A DNA stretch of 64,000 bases from Deltaproteobacteria bacterium (GTDB taxonomy: Bacteria; Desulfobacterota_D; UBA1144; Nemesobacterales; CSP1-2), in the NCBI GenBank assembly GCA_052390235.1, contig JBQTHB010000002.1, positions 352,001 through 416,000 of the forward strand, given 5' to 3'. The notes beneath the pieces were generated by a model. That model was not told the origin of the DNA. It made no database searches and saw only the letters and a program-made list of their open reading frames with translations. Both the position numbers and the translations under genes were made by a program. Within the stretch, counting starts at the first letter, position 1; each line of letters begins with the position of its first letter. Of this stretch, positions 58,021-64,000 are shown piece by piece.

Positions 58021-58153
58021 AAGTGTCTAAAAAATTAGACACTTATTTTGGGAAAAGTGGCAAAAAGCGATGTAAAGCACTGTAGTTATTGAGAAATAAC
58101 GAGTGTCTAAAAAATTAGACACTTTGTCTAAAAAATTAGACACTTTGTCTAAC
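58021..58153. promoter_or_regulatory. Three TGTCTAA-AAAA-TTAGACA palindromes, probable enhancer-binding protein sites
   Basis: AAGTGTCTAAAAAATTAGACACTT at 58021-58044; copies at 58102-58123 and 58125-58142; half site at 58146. Confidence 0.75.
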
Positions 58154-58189
58154 ATAAGTCGGGCATCGCGAGAATTTAAGTAGCCGCCC

Positions 58190-58600
58190 CCCACCATCTT
58201 GTCATTTCGGGGGAGCGGCGGCGACTGAGAAATCTTCACCCTGAGCAGAGCCTCGTATGTCATTCTCACGAAAGTGGGAATCCAGTTCATCCTCATCTGC
58301 GTCGGAGGGGCAATAAAAAAGGGGAGCGAGAGTTTTCACTCCAGCCCCCCTGTGCTGAATTCTGTCTTTAATTCGTTGGAAGATTCCTCACACTCTGTGT
58401 TCGGAATGACACGAGTGAGGCGTTAAGAGTAACAGAGGTGAGACAATCGGAATAGCAGAGCCTGTCTGTCATTCCCGCAGTCTTTAGAGCGGGAATTCAT
58501 ATCCCTTCACTCTGAGCGAATGAATAATGAGGGGCGGTGAATTCCTGAATAAGATTTCTCAGTCGCTTCGCTCTTTGGGAATGACACTGCGGCGGTGGAA
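58190..58600. repeat. Second mosaic of the same palindromic repeats with terminator copy 2
   Basis: Same modules as 56870-57270 in different order; 57-bp identity at 58313-58369. Confidence 0.8.
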
Positions 58601-58645
58601 TCGCGTTCCCACGAAATCAGAAATTCGTGCTATACCTCCAATTTG

Positions 58646-60004
58646 CTATGCCTCATCCCCTCCGGCTCTCCCCTCGGATTTCACTTTAGCGATTCTCTCC
58701 TTTTCTCGTTTCAGCGTGAAACCGAGGCTCACAAACGACGTCAGAACCTTCACCGCGCTGTAGCCCAAAAAGGCGAAAGCCGCTCCCACGTGGGCGTAAT
58801 CCGGCGCGAGCGCAAAGAGTAGCGCCACGTATGCGATGCTTGAAATTACGAGCATCACAGTCCTTAGCCCGGGCCTTCCAAATGCGAGAAGCGCGGGGTT
58901 TATCCAGAAACTTACCTGCGTTATCAGCACGGCTATCGCTACTATCCTCATCACCCCCGATGCCGGAATGTACTCTTCCCCGAACAGGATGCCAATGACC
59001 AAGTCCGAGAATATTATTATAAGTGCCGCCGCCGGTATGGAGAATTTCATGAGCTTGACGGTTGAGTCCTTGAGGAGTTGCTTGAAATCTTTCAGGGAAT
59101 TTCTAGCGGAGATTTTTACTAGCTCCGGGTATATCGCCTCATAGAGCGGATCCATGATGCGCGTCATCACTTTCACTAAGGATTTTGCCACCTTATAGTA
59201 TGCGACTGACTCCCTGCCCGCAAAATATCCAAGCGCCATAAGCCCAAGCTGATTGTCCCCGGCGAGCTTGAGAGTTGCCGTGAGGCTCGTGTTGCCGAGA
59301 AACCACGAAATCCCCCTCCACTGATTCCGTATCAGATTCAAGTCCGAACTCCACCAACTATCGAGTCCCCGCTCCTTAAGCGCGCGCGCGACGACGAACA
59401 TCCTCAGCGCAAATCCAATGAAACTCGACGCCACATAGGCTAATAAAACCCCCTTTATGCTCCCATCCACCCAAAGCGCGGCGCATACGAGCAGGAGCCT
59501 TATTATCTGATGCACGGTCGAGAGATAGGCTATGGTTTTGAATTTATCCAGCACCCGCAAGATGGCGTATGAGGTCTGATTCGCGGTGTCAATGAGCAGA
59601 CTCGCCGAATAGAAATAGATGAAATAATACGCCTCAGGCGCGAGAATGAACCTTTGGCTTATGTACTTGGCGCTTGCAATAGCTACGCCGAGAGCCAGAA
59701 ATCCACTAGATATATCAATTATGTACGACAGTTTTATCATCGAGCGGGCTTTATTGCTCTCGCCCCTGCCAAGATAGCCGCCGATGTATTTTGTAGCCGT
59801 CTCCCACACTCTGAAATCGAAAAACTGGTTCAGAATGTCAACGTAGGCGATGATGAGCGCTAAAAGCCCGTAGTCGCTCACCCCAAGCGCGCGGGCGAGG
59901 ATAACGGTCTGGATGGCTGTAAAGACGCTTGCCGCCGTTTTGCCCCCGAATAGCCAAGAGGCGTTGCGGTACAGTTTGTTCGTAGAGGTTTTGGCTGTTG
60001 TCAT
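58646..60004 (-). CDS. Oligosaccharide flippase (Wzx/MOP family)
   Basis: ILARALGVSDYG, many TMs, polysaccharide gene context. Confidence 0.87.
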   Translation of the reverse strand: MTTAKTSTNKLYRNASWLFGGKTAASVFTAIQTVILARALGVSDYGLLALIIAYVDILNQFFDFRVWETATKYIGGYLGRGESNKARSMIKLSYIIDISSGFLALGVAIASAKYISQRFILAPEAYYFIYFYSASLLIDTANQTSYAILRVLDKFKTIAYLSTVHQIIRLLLVCAALWVDGSIKGVLLAYVASSFIGFALRMFVVARALKERGLDSWWSSDLNLIRNQWRGISWFLGNTSLTATLKLAGDNQLGLMALGYFAGRESVAYYKVAKSLVKVMTRIMDPLYEAIYPELVKISARNSLKDFKQLLKDSTVKLMKFSIPAAALIIIFSDLVIGILFGEEYIPASGVMRIVAIAVLITQVSFWINPALLAFGRPGLRTVMLVISSIAYVALLFALAPDYAHVGAAFAFLGYSAVKVLTSFVSLGFTLKREKERIAKVKSEGRAGGDEA

Positions 60005-60127
60005 ATCAGTTTTAATTCAGGGGGAAATATCTACCGCATTCGGGGGATTGTCAATCCGAAGATTCATAGTCCGAGGCGCGGCGGCGGATGTTGTAAAAAC
60101 ACGGCTCTAGTTCATAATATTGCCCTC

Positions 60128-61858
60128 ATGACCGGAATCTATGGCTCAGTCCGAAGGGGCGAGGTCTCCATTAGCGGCGCGCAGTCCTATGCGCCGGAGG
60201 AGAATATTAGCGTTGCCTGCGACGGCGAAATCTATAACGCCGCCGAGCTGCGAGGAGTTCTCAAGTCCCAAGGGCGGGGGTTTAATCTCGAATCCGAAGC
60301 GCGGCTCATCGCTCAGGTCTATAGCGCTTGGGGAGAGGCGGGGCTGGCGCGAATTAACGGCGGAATTTCCTACGCCCTCTATGACGGAAAATCGAGGTCG
60401 CTTCTGCTGGCAAGAGACAAAGTCGGCAAAATCCCCCTCTACTACTCAGATTACGGCGGCGCTCTCAGCTTCTCAACCGAGGTCAAATCCATCGCCCTCA
60501 GCCCTGGCTTTCCACGAGAGCTAGACCTGCGCGCTCTCAATTTCTATCTCGCCTACAGGTACATCCCCGGAGATTTGTGCATATTTAAATACATAAAAAA
60601 GCTTCCCGCAGGCTACCTACTCCGCCTCGACGTTACCTCTGCCGCAGTCGAGATAAAGCAGCGCTGGGAAGCCCCCATGAGCGAATCCCCCTCAGCCTCG
60701 GAGGACGACCTCCTAGCCGAGCTTGAGCGCGTCTTGCTGACCTCCCTCGAAGAGCGGCTCGGCGGCGAGAGGGTAGGGGCGTTCCTCAGCGGCGGCCTCG
60801 ATTCGAGCCTCCTCGTTGCGATGGCGACGAAAATCCTAGGCGCAGGCGTTAAGACCTTCAGCATCGGCTACAGAGGGGGGAAATTCGATGAAACCCCATT
60901 TGCGAGGTCAGTTTCAAAATATCTGAGGACAGACCACAGGGAATTCATAGCCGAGCCGGATATTGACGCGCTTATAAAATCTGCTTCCTGCTTTGACGAA
61001 CCACACGCCGACCCCTCCATTATTCCCACCTACTTCGGGGCGAGACTCGCCAAGGAGCGGGTTGACGCCGTGATTTCTGGGGACGGCGCCGATGGGCTAT
61101 TCTTGGGGCTTAGGACTCACTACCTATCGGCTAAGTACGAGAGGCGGCGGCGGATTTTATCCCCTATTAGCGGAATACTGAGGCAGGTATCGGGGATTGT
61201 TCCCGAAGGGGTGAAGCTCAAGATGTTTCTCGAGAACCTCTCGCCCGAGGAGTTTTACATGAAGCGGCGGCTCATCTACGGGGCGGGGCTAAGGAAAAAT
61301 CTACTCCGCAAATCCGCCCTCGATGAGATTGGAGAGGGATTTTATGACCCCGAAGCGCTTGGGTTCTCAATACTCGATTCCTATCGCGGCTCGTTTAGGG
61401 GAAAAATCGGCTATGCGACGTTTATGTCCGAGCCTGACAACGTGTTGTTTAAGATGGAGAAAATCTCAAAATCCCTAGAGCTTGCCGTGAGATTCCCGTT
61501 TCTCGATACCCGCCTCATCGAATTGGCTCTTGGTAAAACCCCTGGGGATATGAAAATTCAAGGCGGCGTCCAGAAATATCTGCTGAAGAAATTAGCCCGT
61601 AAATACCTCCCTCCCGATTTTGCCTACGAGCGAAAACGCGGGTTCAACCCCCCGCTATCGAAGTGGATAAGCGGCAAGTGGCGAGGGTTTACGCGCGATT
61701 TGCTCCTCGGCGAGGACAACGATTATTTCGACAGGGGATTTATCGAGAAAATCCTCCGGCGGCACGGGGGGCTGTTCTACGACGAGGGGCGGCGAATTTT
61801 CACCCTTCTGGTGTTTAGGCTCTGGGAGCGCAAGTACCTAAAGGGCGGCGCGCCATGA
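60128..61858 (+). CDS. Asparagine synthase-like amide ligase with degenerate glutaminase domain
   Basis: LARD..G..PLYY, FLSGGLDSS, SGDGADG, RFPFLD, KRGF; N-terminus MTGI rather than MCGI. Confidence 0.87.
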   Translation: MTGIYGSVRRGEVSISGAQSYAPEENISVACDGEIYNAAELRGVLKSQGRGFNLESEARLIAQVYSAWGEAGLARINGGISYALYDGKSRSLLLARDKVGKIPLYYSDYGGALSFSTEVKSIALSPGFPRELDLRALNFYLAYRYIPGDLCIFKYIKKLPAGYLLRLDVTSAAVEIKQRWEAPMSESPSASEDDLLAELERVLLTSLEERLGGERVGAFLSGGLDSSLLVAMATKILGAGVKTFSIGYRGGKFDETPFARSVSKYLRTDHREFIAEPDIDALIKSASCFDEPHADPSIIPTYFGARLAKERVDAVISGDGADGLFLGLRTHYLSAKYERRRRILSPISGILRQVSGIVPEGVKLKMFLENLSPEEFYMKRRLIYGAGLRKNLLRKSALDEIGEGFYDPEALGFSILDSYRGSFRGKIGYATFMSEPDNVLFKMEKISKSLELAVRFPFLDTRLIELALGKTPGDMKIQGGVQKYLLKKLARKYLPPDFAYERKRGFNPPLSKWISGKWRGFTRDLLLGEDNDYFDRGFIEKILRRHGGLFYDEGRRIFTLLVFRLWERKYLKGGAP

Positions 61859-61908
61859 GGAGGCGTTTTCGTAGCTGAAACAGGTCATATTCCTCAATTT
61901 ACGACCCA

Positions 61909-63090
61909 TCAACCAAGTCCAAGTACGTCTAAATACTCCTGTATCATTCGCTCCTCCGTGAAAAACCGCTCGATTCTCCGCCTTCCCTCCTGCCCAAATG
62001 AGCGCGCCTTCGCATCGTCCCTCAAAAGCTCCAATAGATATTCGGCGATTTTCCCGCTTCCGTCCTCTCTTCTCAGCGCGTATCCCGACCCCCCGTCGAT
62101 GACGGCTTCCTTGCCCCCTCCGTCCTCGCCCGCGATGATGGGTAGCCCCCTCGCCGCCGCCTCCAATACCACATTTGGAAGCCCTTCGATGTTTTCCTTT
62201 TCCCGAATGGTTCGGTTAGCCAGGATGAAAACATCCGCCGCATCGTAGTAGTTGATGACCTCTCCGTGAGGCACGCTCCCCCAAAATATTACATTTCCCG
62301 ATACCCCCTTGCTCTGGGCTAGGGCTTTGAATTCCCTCTCGTGGCTTCCGCCGCCGATGATGAGATATTTCAGATTCCCTCCGAATTCGCTCAATATTTG
62401 AGGCAGAGCTTTAATTACCCTGTCCTGTCCCTTGCCTGGCACGACGCGCGAGACGGTCAGAATCACTTTATCCCCTCTGTCAATTCCCAAACCCCTCCTC
62501 AGCTCTTCCAGCGCTTCTGGGCTTGAAGGCGGGCTGAGCATGGTGGAATTCACCCCATTATAGATGACTTTCACCATGCTTGGAGGAATCTTTGCCTCTT
62601 CCAGCAGGTTCGCCGTCGAGACGCTGGGGCTTATGATTTTATGCGCGTTCAGATAGAGCCTCCGCATGGGGACGGCGAGCGCCCTTCTGCCCAGCCTTGC
62701 GCCGAGCAGGTATCTGATGGCTTCATATCCCGCCACTCTCACTATGACCTTGAACGGGTAGTTCGCCAGTAGCCCGCCCGCCGCATGAGCCTCTCTAGTG
62801 ATGAAAAAGACGGCGTCCGGCCTCTCGCTGGCAATAGTCCGCTTCAGCGCGAAATATCCGACAATCTCTTTTGCCGGCGATGGAACCCCGTGATTCCTCG
62901 ATAGAGCGGACATACGCAGAACCTTGAAATCAAATTTCCCATCGGCGGCTGAATCATTGGATGAGTAACCGGGGGCGAGAACCGCTAGCTCAGCTCCGGC
63001 TTTGGAGATTCCCTTGGCGAGTTTCAGGCTAGTCGTGGCAAGCCCTCCGGCAAAAGGGGGGAATTCATGCGTATAAATGAGGATTTTCAT
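61909..63090 (-). CDS. GT4 glycosyltransferase
   Basis: EFPPFAGG, IYNGV, SR...KG, EGLPNVVLEA (EX7E). Confidence 0.92.
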   Translation of the reverse strand: MKILIYTHEFPPFAGGLATTSLKLAKGISKAGAELAVLAPGYSSNDSAADGKFDFKVLRMSALSRNHGVPSPAKEIVGYFALKRTIASERPDAVFFITREAHAAGGLLANYPFKVIVRVAGYEAIRYLLGARLGRRALAVPMRRLYLNAHKIISPSVSTANLLEEAKIPPSMVKVIYNGVNSTMLSPPSSPEALEELRRGLGIDRGDKVILTVSRVVPGKGQDRVIKALPQILSEFGGNLKYLIIGGGSHEREFKALAQSKGVSGNVIFWGSVPHGEVINYYDAADVFILANRTIREKENIEGLPNVVLEAAARGLPIIAGEDGGGKEAVIDGGSGYALRREDGSGKIAEYLLELLRDDAKARSFGQEGRRRIERFFTEERMIQEYLDVLGLG

Positions 63091-63199
63091 AGCGAGCCTA
63101 AACTTTCGGCTCTAAACTCTACACTAATTCCGACGGATTCGCGCCGCTTGGGAAAATAGGAGGTTGATTTTCCGGCGAATTTAATTTATTAATCACCCC

Positions 63200-63967
63200 A
63201 TGGCCTCAGCTTCGATTATCGTCTATGACCCGATTGATAACATAAGGGATAAGCGCGACTACTGGACCGAGTACGTTATATTTTATGAGCAGTTCTGGGG
63301 CGGTCCCACCTCTCCTTACGGGGTTTGGTTCGGCAGAGAGTACGAGAACTTCAGAGACGCCATATCGAATCACCTTGGAGTGTCCGAAGCCGAGGTCGAG
63401 GACTGCTATTTTATGAAGGATAAGGACGGCAGATACTACGTCTCCCCTTTCCAGTCGCAGAGCGCTTTCTACGCCGCCCACTCAGAAAATCAGATTCCTC
63501 TTGAGTGGTTTCTGCTCTTCACCGACGAGGAGCGCGAATCGTTTTTTACCCCTTGGGGATTTGCAGGCATAAGCTACGACACTAAAATCTCCAGAGCTAT
63601 TGAGAGGCTAGAGCGGGCCGGGCGCATTATTGAGGCGGCTTTCCAGAGCCGTCAGGATGATACTTTCCTGCCAGATTTATTTGCCGCGCTCGGGGATGTC
63701 CAAATCGGATACCAGGAGATTCGCTCCTGGCTTGGGGGATTCGACCCCTCTGGCTATGTAGTTCTCAATTACGGCGAGATAGCCTCGTTCATACACCCCT
63801 ACGCGATAGACAAAGAGCGCTCGGTCAGGGAAATGTCGGATGTTCTTGCCATGGTGAGCGAGGGGAGGCTTGAAGAGGCTGCGGTGCTCATCTCGGTGAT
63901 GTCGCAAAAGTGGGATGAGATTCGCCAAAAAGCCTCCGGCGCGGGTGAAAACCTCACAGTGCAGTAA
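63200..63967 (+). CDS. Hypothetical protein
   Basis: 255 aa acidic ORF, IPLEWF and LNYGEI motifs; no family recognised. Confidence 0.7.
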   Translation: MASASIIVYDPIDNIRDKRDYWTEYVIFYEQFWGGPTSPYGVWFGREYENFRDAISNHLGVSEAEVEDCYFMKDKDGRYYVSPFQSQSAFYAAHSENQIPLEWFLLFTDEERESFFTPWGFAGISYDTKISRAIERLERAGRIIEAAFQSRQDDTFLPDLFAALGDVQIGYQEIRSWLGGFDPSGYVVLNYGEIASFIHPYAIDKERSVREMSDVLAMVSEGRLEEAAVLISVMSQKWDEIRQKASGAGENLTVQ

Positions 63968-64000
63968 ATTTTATTCTCTCACCCTCAAAATTATTATATG

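Noticed and set aside
58021..58153. CRISPR array
   Set aside because: Repeats are 18-24 bp with irregular spacing (two are adjacent), and no cas genes are present; better explained as operator sites.
57911..58296. N-terminal extension of the PEP-CTERM ORF to 58042 and ORF 58027-58296
   Set aside because: These translate promoter palindromes and repeats; the real start with SD is at 57910.

Overview
Bacterial chromosomal window with moderately high GC. Gene content and order resemble Deltaproteobacteria/Desulfobacterota-like lineages such as Ca. Dadabacteria (inference only). Housekeeping blocks: hslU, argBDF, uvrC, tRNA-Leu and tRNA-Cys, manC-gmk-relA/spoT, lepB-pyrRBC. It also holds an alternative complex III operon (actABCDEF plus a small unannotated ORF) and an AT-rich methyltransferase-endonuclease fusion gene with cassette-like borders. 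A ~12 kb metal (probably zinc) starvation island spans 32.2-44.5 kb, and a surface-polysaccharide region contains a sigma54-driven PEP-CTERM gene within mosaic repeats. The most striking signal is a DUF2946-like CxxC/RSPP leader ORF whose RSPP codons are complementary to the Shine-Dalgarno of the downstream outer-membrane metal-uptake gene, suggesting a ribosome-stalling metal sensor. Also notable: a flavoprotein/short-FeoB/ZIP/COG0523/WD40 operon, a glycosyltransferase fused to an unrecognised domain, a four-repeat cyanovirin-like protein and apparently widespread leaderless genes. All calls come from reading motifs; no database searches were run.
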